Origin: Fibrobacterota bacterium
GTDB taxonomy: Bacteria; Fibrobacterota; Fibrobacteria; UBA5070
Length of the DNA stretch: 64,000 nt
Assembly: GCA_029557215.1 (NCBI GenBank)
Contig: JAKPQQ010000309.1
Coordinates: 55,927 to 119,926, forward strand
Direction of reading: 5' to 3'
The notes below the pieces were generated by a model. It did no database searches and had not been told where the DNA came from. It saw nothing but the letters and a program-made list of their open reading frames with translations. The position numbers and the translations under genes were made by a program. Below, piece after piece: positions 43,132 to 51,942 of this stretch (the first letter of the stretch is position 1; every line of letters starts with the position of its first letter).

Positions 43132-44054
43132 TGCGCGTAGTGTTTCTGGGGACGCCGCCGGTGGCGGCGACCTGCCTGGAAGGATTCGCGAAGAGCCGTC
43201 ACGAAATCGCGATGGTGGGGACGCATCCCGACCGCATCGCCGGCCGCGGGCTCAAGCCGGTTCCCACCGCGGTCAAGGAAATGGCCGCGCGTCTGGGATT
43301 GCCGGTGCTGGAAGTGCCCGACGTCAAGGATCCGGCCTTCGCGCAGGCCCTGCGCGATCTGCAGGCCGACCTGCTCGTGGTGGTGGCCTTCGTGGTCCTG
43401 CCTCCGGAAGTCCTGGGCGCCACGCGTCTGGGGGCCATCAACCTGCACGGAAGCCTGTTGCCCAAGTGGCGCGGCGCGGCACCGGTGCAGCGCGCGGTGG
43501 AATCGGGCGAGGCCGTCACCGGCGGCACCATCTTCCGTCTGGACAACGGCGTGGATACCGGCGGGATCATCCTGCAGGAAAAGATCGAGATCGGCCCCGA
43601 CGACACATCGGGCGATGTCTTGGCCAAGCTCGCCGAGCAGGGCGGCGCGTGGCTCGCGCGAGCGGTGGACCATCTGGAGGCGAATCCGGCCGATCCCGGC
43701 CTCAAGCAGGATCCGGCATTGGCCACCAGGGCGCCCAAACTGTTTCCGGAAGAGGGATCGTTGGACTTCACGAAATCCGCCCAGGCCTTGCACGACAAGA
43801 TCCGCGCCTTCCATCCGGCGCCCGGGTGCTGGTGCCGCCCTTCGGGCAGGCTCCTGAAGATCTGGCGGACCCGGGTGATGACGGAATCCGTCGGCGCGGC
43901 GGGCGAGGCGTCGCGTCTGCCCGACGGTCGCGTCGCGGTGGCATGCGGGGCGGGCTCGCTTGAACTGGTGGAGGTGCAACCCGAAGGCAAAAAACGCCAA
44001 TCGGGCGGCGACTGGTTCAACGGATTGCGCGCCGACCTGGTCGTCCTCTCGTGA
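43131..44054 (+). CDS. fmt: methionyl-tRNA formyltransferase
   Basis: The ATG shares one nt with the argB stop. MRVVFLGTP, INLHGSLLPKWRGAAPVQRAV, and the C-terminal Fmt domain. Confidence 0.9.
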   Translation: MRVVFLGTPPVAATCLEGFAKSRHEIAMVGTHPDRIAGRGLKPVPTAVKEMAARLGLPVLEVPDVKDPAFAQALRDLQADLLVVVAFVVLPPEVLGATRLGAINLHGSLLPKWRGAAPVQRAVESGEAVTGGTIFRLDNGVDTGGIILQEKIEIGPDDTSGDVLAKLAEQGGAWLARAVDHLEANPADPGLKQDPALATRAPKLFPEEGSLDFTKSAQALHDKIRAFHPAPGCWCRPSGRLLKIWRTRVMTESVGAAGEASRLPDGRVAVACGAGSLELVEVQPEGKKRQSGGDWFNGLRADLVVLS

Positions 44055-45298
44055 TCCCCGGACTGGCCAGCCGCCACGCGGCCCTGGATGCCCTGTTCCG
44101 CTGGGAAGAGTCGGGCCACCACATCGCCGATTCGCTGGCGCGGCACGCCACCCGCCTGGACCATCGCGACCATGCCCTGGCCCTGGAGATCGCCACCACC
44201 GCCTTGCGCTGGAAGATGCTCCTGGACTACCACCTGCGTCCGTTCGTGCGCGAAGACACCGACCTGGAGCTGCGGTGGGTGTTGCGCCTGACCTTGGCGC
44301 AGACGCACAAGCTGGATCGGATTCCGCTGCACGCCGCCGTGGACCTGGGAGTGGAGCTCGCCCGCATGCTTCGCGGCAAAGGTGGCTCGGGGTTCGTCAA
44401 CGCCGTCCTGCGCCGCGCCATGGAGAAACCCTTGGCGCCCCCGGTGGGCGACGACCCCGACAGCGTGGCCGTGCGCCATTCGCACCCCAAGTGGCTGGTC
44501 CAGCGATGGATCGCGCGCCACGGCCTGGAAACCGCCGAGTCCATGATGCAAGCGGGCAACCGCGAACCGGCGTTGTGGGTGCGCGTCCGGCGTGGCGCCA
44601 AGAACCTTCCCTGGGCTCCCGAGCAGGTGCTGGAAACCGCCCACGACGGATTCTTCGTGCGCCCGGAGATGTTCCGCGACCAATTGTTGTCGAGCGACGC
44701 GTTCGCCCGCGGCGACATCGCGCTCCAGGATCCGGCATCGGGCGCCGCCGCGCTGCTCCTTTCCGGAGCGTTGCGGCCTGGTTCCGCCTTGGCCGACCTG
44801 TGCGCCGCGCCGGGCGGCAAGATCGCGTGTCTTTCCGACCACGGCGACCTGGACGGCGTGAAGGTGCTCGCCTTCGACCGCTCGGGGTTCCGGCAGCGCA
44901 AGACCGTTGACGGATTCCGTCGAACCGGGATCCGGGCCGTGGTGGGGGTGGCCGACGGCCTGGTGCCGCCGTTGCGCCCGGCCAGCCTGGACGCGATCCT
45001 GCTGGACGCCCCGTGTTCCAACCTGGGGGTGATCTCGCGTCGTCCCGAGGTGCGCTGGAACGCCAAGCCCACGGATCCCGAAAAGCACGGCGAGCTGCAG
45101 GAAAAGCTCCTGGAATCGGCGTGGAAGCTCCTGAAACCCGGCGCCTGCATGGTCTATTCGGTGTGTTCCACCGAAGTGGAGGAATGCCAGGAAGTGGTGG
45201 CCCAAGTTCCCGACGCGATCCGCGAAGCCGAGCAATTGCGGCTCCCCGGCCAGGACGGCTGGGACGGGTTCTACGCGGTGCGGTTGCGGAAGGGTTGA
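44051..45298 (+). CDS. rsmB: 16S rRNA (cytosine-C5) methyltransferase RsmB/Sun family
   Basis: GTG overlaps the fmt stop (GTGA). NusB-like N-terminal domain; DLCAAPGGK (SAM binding); the catalytic DAPCSNLGVISRRPEVRW; and MVYSVCS. Confidence 0.88.
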   Translation: MIPGLASRHAALDALFRWEESGHHIADSLARHATRLDHRDHALALEIATTALRWKMLLDYHLRPFVREDTDLELRWVLRLTLAQTHKLDRIPLHAAVDLGVELARMLRGKGGSGFVNAVLRRAMEKPLAPPVGDDPDSVAVRHSHPKWLVQRWIARHGLETAESMMQAGNREPALWVRVRRGAKNLPWAPEQVLETAHDGFFVRPEMFRDQLLSSDAFARGDIALQDPASGAAALLLSGALRPGSALADLCAAPGGKIACLSDHGDLDGVKVLAFDRSGFRQRKTVDGFRRTGIRAVVGVADGLVPPLRPASLDAILLDAPCSNLGVISRRPEVRWNAKPTDPEKHGELQEKLLESAWKLLKPGACMVYSVCSTEVEECQEVVAQVPDAIREAEQLRLPGQDGWDGFYAVRLRKG

Positions 45299-45494
45299 TC
45301 CGCTGGCTTCGATACACCGCCTTCGGCGGCACTCAGCCAACGGATCCGATCCTGGAGGGAGTGCCCGGGGAATCGACCAGTGGAGAGGGATCGAAAGAGG
45401 GAAAAGCGTTTGTTGCCTGAGTGGCCCGTAGGGCTGTATCGAAGGCAACAACTGAGGATGGCCGATTCCACTCGAGTTCCGTAACTTCCCACGC

Positions 45495-45914
45495 ATGAAA
45501 TACTGGCTCCTGAAATCGGAACCCGAGACCTATTCCTACGACCATCTGGTGAAGGAAAAGACCGGCAGGTGGGACGGAGTGCGCAACTACATGGCGCGCA
45601 ACAACCTCCGGGCGATGGAGGTGGGGGATCTGGCGCTGTTCTACCATTCGGTCTCGGAGAAATCGGTGGTCGGAATCTGCAAGGTCTCGAAACAGGCCTA
45701 TCCCGATCCGACGGCGGAAAGCGGCGATTGGTCGTGCGTGGAGGTCGAACCGGTGCGGAAGCTCGATCTCCCGGTGACCTTGGAACAGCTCAAGGCCGAA
45801 CCCGCGTTGGCGGGAATGGCCATGTTCAAGTACAACCGGCTTTCCGTGGCGCCGCTGACGGAAGACGAATTTCGTCGTGTTTGCGAAATGGGTTCGATCT
45901 CAAAAAACGCGTGA
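45495..45914 (+). CDS. EVE-domain (PUA-like) protein
   Basis: MKYWLLKSEPETYSYDHLVKEKTGRWDGVRNYMARNNLRAMEVGDLALFYHS is the canonical EVE domain start. 139 aa. Confidence 0.85.
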   Translation: MKYWLLKSEPETYSYDHLVKEKTGRWDGVRNYMARNNLRAMEVGDLALFYHSVSEKSVVGICKVSKQAYPDPTAESGDWSCVEVEPVRKLDLPVTLEQLKAEPALAGMAMFKYNRLSVAPLTEDEFRRVCEMGSISKNA

Positions 45915-46105
45915 TTCGGATCACACTCGGAAAGCGGTATTTTTTCTAGCGCGTTGCCGGGCGTCCAGTGGTGGTTCTAGATTGGATCGTCAGCGGAACA
46001 GAAGAAAAATGTCACATGGGCTCTGGAGTTCGGGATCCGTTCCGGCACGAGGGCTTGGGTGTCGCTTCTTGCCGTGCCGCAATTTCACTTCATCCAGGAG
46101 CCCCC

Positions 46106-49100
46106 ATGGTCACCCCAATCCCGTGGACACGTCCCGTCTGGACGGCGTTCGCGATCGGCGCAGTGTCGATCGCCTCCGCCGGCCAGCTGTCCATCGACCT
46201 GCCCAGTCCGCCGATTTCGACCGCAGCCGGATCGCTGTTCCTTGGCGACGACGCCCGCAACGGATTCGTGCACAGGGCCCAGCCCGGCGAACCCCGGTTG
46301 CCGGAACGCACGTTGAGCATCCTGCTTCCGCCGCAGGCGGACCCGTCCACCGTCACCGTGTCGATTTCCGGCACCAAGGAGACCGACGAACCCAACGTCT
46401 TCGACATGTCGCCCGGCTACCCGGTCGCCATCAGCGCGGCTCCCGTCTGGCCCGTGGGCAAGCGCATCCAGGACGGACGCGATCTGGACATCTACGGCAA
46501 GGATGCGTTCCATCCCGCCAAGAATTTTGGCGAGCCCCACGTGCGCCGCTGGGGCGCCTTCCAGATCCTGGAGGTGGCCTACCACCCCTGGAAGTGGAAT
46601 CCTCGTCGCGGCATCCTGCGTCGCGCCACCGGCGGCAAGCTGGTCGTGAAGTACGCCGAGCGCAAGGTGGCCGCGTCTTCGCTATCCAAGACCGAGCTGG
46701 CCGAAGCCAAGGAAGTGTCGAGCCTCGTTTCCAATCCCGAGGTCGTCGCGACCTACACCGGCGGCGTCGCCGTCAGCGCGGCGTCGGAAACCGGCACCTA
46801 TGCGATCGTCACCACCAACGCGATCCGCACGGGCAGTACCAATCTGCTCGCCTTCGCGCGCTCCAAGGTCGCGCGCGGGTTCGCGGTGGAGCTGGCGACC
46901 CAGACCGGGCACTGGAGGCTTTCCAGCGGCGCATGGTCCTGCATCCAGGCCGATTGCGGCGGCGGATGGGGCGGAGGCACCGGTGACGCGGCGGCGGAAG
47001 CCCTGCGCGCCTGGCTGCGGGCCAATTACGTTTCGCGCGACATCCAGTACGCGCTCCTGATCGGCAATCCCAACCCGACATCGGGCGATGTTCCCATGAA
47101 GATGACCTGGCCGCGCAGGGCGGAGGGCGACTATCCCGAGTGCCCCACCGACTACTTCTTCGCGGAACTGTCGGGCATCTGGGACGTGGACGCCAACGGC
47201 TACGCCGGCGAATACCCCGCCGACTACGTCACGGGCGGCATCGACAAGTTCCCCGAGATCGTGGTCGGGCGCATTCCCTACTACGGCTACATGGCCGATC
47301 TCGACAAGATCCTGGCCAAGACCATCGCGTTCGAGAACGCCACCGACATCGCCTGGCGCAAGAACGCGCTGTTGCCCATGGAGCCCAGCGACGCTTCCAC
47401 GCCGGGATACCAGTTGGGCGAACAGATCCGCACCAACTTCCTGATCCCGCGGGAATTCTCCTCCACCCGCATCTACGACGAGGACTACGGAGTCGCTCCG
47501 GAAATCACTCCGTGCAACATCGCCAACGTCCGCAACGCCTGGAGCACCGGCACCTACGGCGTGACCACCTGGTGGACGCACGGTTCGGAAACATCCGCGG
47601 CCGACATCTTCCGCTCCTCCGACGCCTCGTACCTCAACGACGCGTATCCGTCGTTCACCTTCCAGAACAGCTGCACCAACGGTTCGCCCGAATGGTCCAA
47701 CAACCTGGGCTACGCGCTGTTGCGCAACGGCGCGATCGGCACGGTTTCGGCCAGCCGCGTGTCGTGGTACTGGGTCGGCCAGAAATCGTTCACGGGTTCG
47801 CCGCAGTCCAACGCCATGATGGCCTACGCCTACACCGGCGCGCTCACCTACGACTCGCTCGTCGCCGGCAAGGCGCTCAACAAGGTCCGTCGCTCGATGA
47901 TCGTCGACGGCACCTGGTGGGCCATGAACCTCGCCGACTTCAACCTGTATGGCGATCCCTCTGTCGGCCTCTTCACGTCGGCGCCCTCGCGTCCGGTTCC
48001 CACCGGTCTCGCGGCCGTTGCCGGAATCCGTCAGGTATCGCTTTCCTGGGACGTCTTCGCCGGCGCGATCAAGTACTACGTCCTGCGCTCCGTCGCGGGA
48101 GGCGAGCTGGTCGTGGTCGACTCCACGACGACGAATTCCTTCAAGGACGTCGGCTTGACCGACAATACCGCCTACACCTACGCCGTTTCCGCGCGCACTT
48201 CCGTTGAAGTCACCGGGAATTCGTCCACGGTCCGGTCGCTGACCGCTCCCGCCGTCGTGCTCGATCTCACTGCCACCGCAGCCAACCAGCGTGCGATCCT
48301 GAGTTGGAGCGCCTCCCAAGGCGCGACCAGCTACCGGATCTACCGGCTGGAAGTGGAAGGCGATCCGACTCTCGTCGGAACCTCCGAGACGGCAAGCTAC
48401 ACCGTGCTTGGTTTGGAGAACGGCAAGGAATACGGATTCGTCGTGGTGCCGGTGAACGAGAACGGAACCGTCGGTTCGCCGAGCGAGCCGGTCACGGTGA
48501 TTCCCGTGTTCACGCTGGATCGGGTTCAAGGCTTGGCCGCCATCGGCGGCGACGCCGTGGTCGATCTGACCTGGCAGGCCGTGGACGGCGCCGACTCCTA
48601 CGCGGTGTTCCGCGGAACCGGCAAGGGTGTCATGGTCCCTGTCGACACCGTGGCCGCCGTGGCGTTCCACGACCAGGGCCTGGTGAACGGAACGGAATAC
48701 GCCTACGCCGTGGCGGCCATGAAGGCCGACGTGGTCGGGCCGGTTTCCGTCACCGTGCGCGCGACGCCTCTCGTGGCTGTGCCCGCTGTCCCGACCGGGA
48801 TCGCCGCCGTCGGCAAGATCTCGGCCGTGGACGTTTCCTGGAAGGCTTCGGTTCGCGCGACGGGTTACGACGTCTACCGCTCCTCGGGTACGACGGGATA
48901 CGTCAAGGTGGGAACCACCACGGCGCTTTCCTTCAATGACGCCCCGCTGACTCCGTACGTCCGCTACTTCTACAGGATCGCCGCGACCAACGCGACCGGA
49001 TCGAGCGCGCTTTCCGATACGGTCGGTGCGACCGTCCTGGCGCCTGTTCCCGCCGCTCCCGCTTCGGTGGTCGCCACCGCGGGTGATCGCTCCATCGCGG

Positions 49101-51853
49101 TGACCTGGGCCGCGGCCCAGTACGCTTCCACCTACACGGTCAAGACCGCCACCGTGGCGGGTGGACCCTACACGGTGGCCAAGTCGGGGATCTCGGGAAC
49201 TTCCGCGAACCTGACCGGCCTCGTGAACGGCACCACCTACTACGTGGTGGTGAGCGCGACCAACGCCAGCGGCGAAGGCCCCAACTCCGTGGAAGCCAGC
49301 GCCAAGCCGGTGCCTCCGCCCAGCGGCCTGAAGGTCATGTACAAGGTCGGCGACGCGAGCGCGACGGACAACACGATCCGTCCGCTGATCCAGCTGGTGA
49401 ACACCGGCAACGCTGCGATCGCCCTGAACGACGTGACGATCCGCTACTGGTTCACCAACGAGCAGGCCAAGGGCCAGTCGTACTGGTGCGACTGGGCGCA
49501 GATCGGCTGTTCCAACCTGACCGGCACCTACAAGGCGCTGGCCAAGTCGGTCCCGGGTGCCGACGGGTACATGGAGATCGCCTTCAAGACCACCGTGGGA
49601 AGTCTCGCGGCCGGTGCCAATTCCGGCGACATCCAGTCCCGCATCACGCGCTCCGACTGGTCCAACCACAACGAGACCGGCGACTGGTCCTACGACGCGA
49701 CCAAGCTCGCGTTCGCCGACTGGAACCAGATCACCGTCTACAAGGCCGGAGTCCTGGTCTGGGGCAAGGAGCCGGGTGTGGCGACGCCTCCTGCGGTTCC
49801 CACCGCCCTGGCCGCGTTGGCTGGCGTGCACAAGGTGACGCTTTCGTGGGTGGCCGGCGAGAACGACGCGTCCTACAACGTCTATCGCCGCGCCGCCAAC
49901 GGCGCGCGATCCCTCCTGGGATCCGCGACCGCGACGGGCTACGTGGACGACGCCGTCGTCGACGGCACCAGGTACACCTACTGGGTGAGCGGCGTGAACG
50001 GCGCGCTGGAAAGCGCGCTGTCGGATTCCGCCGTGGCGACTCCGGTGGGCGAAGCCCCCGCGAAGGTGACGGGAATTGTCGCCGTCGCGGGCGACGCGGT
50101 GGTGGATCTGTCCTGGAAGGCATCGAGCGGCGCCACCAGCTACAAGATCCTGCGCGGCCCGGAGGGCGGGACCTTGTCCTTGCTGACCACGGTGTCGACG
50201 GTGTCCTACAAGGACGCCACGGCGGCCAACGGCAAGACCTACGCGTACAAGGTGGTGGCCTCCAACGTCTGGGGCGACGCTCCGGCGTCGGACTCGGTGC
50301 TCGCCAGCCCCGAGGCTCCGCTGGTGCCCGCGGTCCCCACCGGACTGGCCGCCTTGGCGGGCGTCCACAAGGTGACCCTGTCGTGGATCGCCGGTGAGAA
50401 CGACGCGTCCTACAACGTGTACCGCAAGACCATCGACGGAGCTCGCACCCTGCTGGGCAAGTCGACCAGGACGAGCTACGTGGACGACGCGGTCGTCGAC
50501 GGCACGCAGTACACCTACTGGGTGAGCGGCGTGAACGGCGCGCTGGAAAGCGCCCTGTCGGATTCCGCCACTGCGATTCCGTCGGGCGAAGCGCCCGCGA
50601 TGGTGACAGGACTTGTTGCCACGGCGGGCGACGCGGTGGTGGATCTGTCGTGGACGGCCTCGACCGGCGCCACAAGCTACAAGATCCTGCGCGGGCTGGA
50701 AGGCGGAACGCTGTCCTTGCTGACCACGATTTCCACGGCATCTTACAAGGATGCTTCGGTGGTCAACGGCACGACCTACACCTACAACGTGGTGGCTTCC
50801 AACGTCTGGGGCGACGCCCCTGCGTCGGACTCCGTGCTCGCGACGCCCGCGGCTCCGCTGGTGCCCGCGGTCCCCACCGAGTTGGTGGCCGTGGCTGGCG
50901 TCCACATGGTGACGCTTTCGTGGGTGCCAGGCGAAAACGATGCGTCGTACAACGTGTATCGCAAGACCATCGACGGTACCCGCACCCTGCTGGCCAATTC
51001 CTTCAGGACGTCGTACGTGGACGACGCTGTGGTCGACGGCACGCGGTACACCTACTGGGTGAGCGGCGTGAACGGCGCGCTGGAAAGCGCCCTGTCGGAT
51101 TCCGCCGTGGCGGCTCCGGTGGGCGAAGCTCCCGCGAAGGTGACGGGACTTGTCGCCACGGCGGGCAACGCGGTGGTGGATCTGTCGTGGACGGCCTCGA
51201 CCGGCGCCACGAGCTACAAGATCCTGCGTGGCGTGGAGGGCGGAACGATGTCCTTGCTGACCACGGTGTCGACTGCGTCGTACAAGGATGTCACGGTGGT
51301 CAACGGCACGACCTACGCGTACAAGGTGGTGGCGTCCAACGTCTGGGGCGACGCCTTGGCGTCGGATTCGGTCCTGGCGAGCCCCAAGGCTCCCGTGGCC
51401 AACATCAAGGCCCAGTACCGCGCCGGCAACGGCCAGGCTTCCACCAACGGTATCCAACCGATCCTCAAGCTGGTGAACACCGGTTCGACCTCGATCCCGC
51501 TTTCCGAGATCACGGTCCGCTACTGGTTCACCAACGACGGCAGGGCTTCGGTGAACTACTGGTGCGACTGGGCGCAGGTCGGCGCGGCCAATCTGACGGG
51601 AACCGTCAAGGCTGTCTCGCCTGCACGCAGCGGCGCCGACCGCTACCTGGAAGTCGCCTTCAAGGCCTCCGCCGGCAGCATCGCCGCGGGCGGAACCTCC
51701 GGCGAGATCCAGAACCGCTTCAGCAAGAGCGACTGGACCAACTTCACCCAGACCAACGACGCTTCGTTCGACGCCACCAAGACGGCCTTCGCCGACTGGA
51801 ACAAGGTGACCGTCTACCGCAACGGCGTCCTCGTGTGGGGCGTCGAGCCGTAA
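46106..51853 (+). CDS. 1915-aa secreted multidomain protein: gingipain-like C25 cysteine peptidase + 5 FN3 + CBM3 + 6 FN3 + CBM3
   Basis: ATG at 46106 after AGGAG, with signal peptide MVTPIPWTRPVWTAFAIGAVSIASA. C25 blocks: YALLIGNPNP...VPM, DYFFAELSG, VVGRIP, catalytic His in WWTHGSETSAA (His codon 47579-47581) and Cys in FQNSCTNG (47672-47674). FN3 modules carry the L-S/T-W ... SY-x-I/V-YR pattern. Two modules align along their length with clostridial CBM3a (IRYWFTNEQ...SYWCDWAQ...GYMEIAF...DWSNHNETGDWSY...VLVWGKEP). Confidence 0.85.
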   Translation: MVTPIPWTRPVWTAFAIGAVSIASAGQLSIDLPSPPISTAAGSLFLGDDARNGFVHRAQPGEPRLPERTLSILLPPQADPSTVTVSISGTKETDEPNVFDMSPGYPVAISAAPVWPVGKRIQDGRDLDIYGKDAFHPAKNFGEPHVRRWGAFQILEVAYHPWKWNPRRGILRRATGGKLVVKYAERKVAASSLSKTELAEAKEVSSLVSNPEVVATYTGGVAVSAASETGTYAIVTTNAIRTGSTNLLAFARSKVARGFAVELATQTGHWRLSSGAWSCIQADCGGGWGGGTGDAAAEALRAWLRANYVSRDIQYALLIGNPNPTSGDVPMKMTWPRRAEGDYPECPTDYFFAELSGIWDVDANGYAGEYPADYVTGGIDKFPEIVVGRIPYYGYMADLDKILAKTIAFENATDIAWRKNALLPMEPSDASTPGYQLGEQIRTNFLIPREFSSTRIYDEDYGVAPEITPCNIANVRNAWSTGTYGVTTWWTHGSETSAADIFRSSDASYLNDAYPSFTFQNSCTNGSPEWSNNLGYALLRNGAIGTVSASRVSWYWVGQKSFTGSPQSNAMMAYAYTGALTYDSLVAGKALNKVRRSMIVDGTWWAMNLADFNLYGDPSVGLFTSAPSRPVPTGLAAVAGIRQVSLSWDVFAGAIKYYVLRSVAGGELVVVDSTTTNSFKDVGLTDNTAYTYAVSARTSVEVTGNSSTVRSLTAPAVVLDLTATAANQRAILSWSASQGATSYRIYRLEVEGDPTLVGTSETASYTVLGLENGKEYGFVVVPVNENGTVGSPSEPVTVIPVFTLDRVQGLAAIGGDAVVDLTWQAVDGADSYAVFRGTGKGVMVPVDTVAAVAFHDQGLVNGTEYAYAVAAMKADVVGPVSVTVRATPLVAVPAVPTGIAAVGKISAVDVSWKASVRATGYDVYRSSGTTGYVKVGTTTALSFNDAPLTPYVRYFYRIAATNATGSSALSDTVGATVLAPVPAAPASVVATAGDRSIAVTWAAAQYASTYTVKTATVAGGPYTVAKSGISGTSANLTGLVNGTTYYVVVSATNASGEGPNSVEASAKPVPPPSGLKVMYKVGDASATDNTIRPLIQLVNTGNAAIALNDVTIRYWFTNEQAKGQSYWCDWAQIGCSNLTGTYKALAKSVPGADGYMEIAFKTTVGSLAAGANSGDIQSRITRSDWSNHNETGDWSYDATKLAFADWNQITVYKAGVLVWGKEPGVATPPAVPTALAALAGVHKVTLSWVAGENDASYNVYRRAANGARSLLGSATATGYVDDAVVDGTRYTYWVSGVNGALESALSDSAVATPVGEAPAKVTGIVAVAGDAVVDLSWKASSGATSYKILRGPEGGTLSLLTTVSTVSYKDATAANGKTYAYKVVASNVWGDAPASDSVLASPEAPLVPAVPTGLAALAGVHKVTLSWIAGENDASYNVYRKTIDGARTLLGKSTRTSYVDDAVVDGTQYTYWVSGVNGALESALSDSATAIPSGEAPAMVTGLVATAGDAVVDLSWTASTGATSYKILRGLEGGTLSLLTTISTASYKDASVVNGTTYTYNVVASNVWGDAPASDSVLATPAAPLVPAVPTELVAVAGVHMVTLSWVPGENDASYNVYRKTIDGTRTLLANSFRTSYVDDAVVDGTRYTYWVSGVNGALESALSDSAVAAPVGEAPAKVTGLVATAGNAVVDLSWTASTGATSYKILRGVEGGTMSLLTTVSTASYKDVTVVNGTTYAYKVVASNVWGDALASDSVLASPKAPVANIKAQYRAGNGQASTNGIQPILKLVNTGSTSIPLSEITVRYWFTNDGRASVNYWCDWAQVGAANLTGTVKAVSPARSGADRYLEVAFKASAGSIAAGGTSGEIQNRFSKSDWTNFTQTNDASFDATKTAFADWNKVTVYRNGVLVWGVEP
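49790..51400 (+). repeat. three tandem in-frame copies of a 537-bp (179-aa, two-FN3) unit
   Basis: Units start at 49790, 50327 and 50864, each beginning CC(T/C)GCGGT(T/C)CCCACC (PAVPT). The copies are highly similar and include a stretch (TACACCTACTGGGTGAGCGGCGTGAACGGCGCGCTGGAAAGCGC.CTGTCGGATTCCGCC) that is nearly identical in all three. Confidence 0.9.
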
Positions 51854-51864
51854 CGACACCCATT

Positions 51865-51893
51865 GGTCGACCGGCTTCCCGGTCGACATTTTC
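51865..51893 (+). terminator. rho-independent terminator of the giant gene
   Basis: GTCGACCGG, loop CTTC, CCGGTCGAC, followed by ATTTTCC. It starts 12 nt after the stop. Confidence 0.55.
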
Positions 51894-51942
51894 CGATCAC
51901 GGGCCTCGGACCAGCCAACGCTGGTGCCGGGGCCTTTTCGTT

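Noticed and set aside
49790-51400. Possibility that the tandem FN3 repeats are a diversity-generating (DGR) variable region or a CRISPR-like array
   Set aside because: There is no reverse transcriptase, template repeat or adenine-specific substitution pattern. The repeats are 537 nt, in frame and protein-coding, with no spacer/repeat structure.
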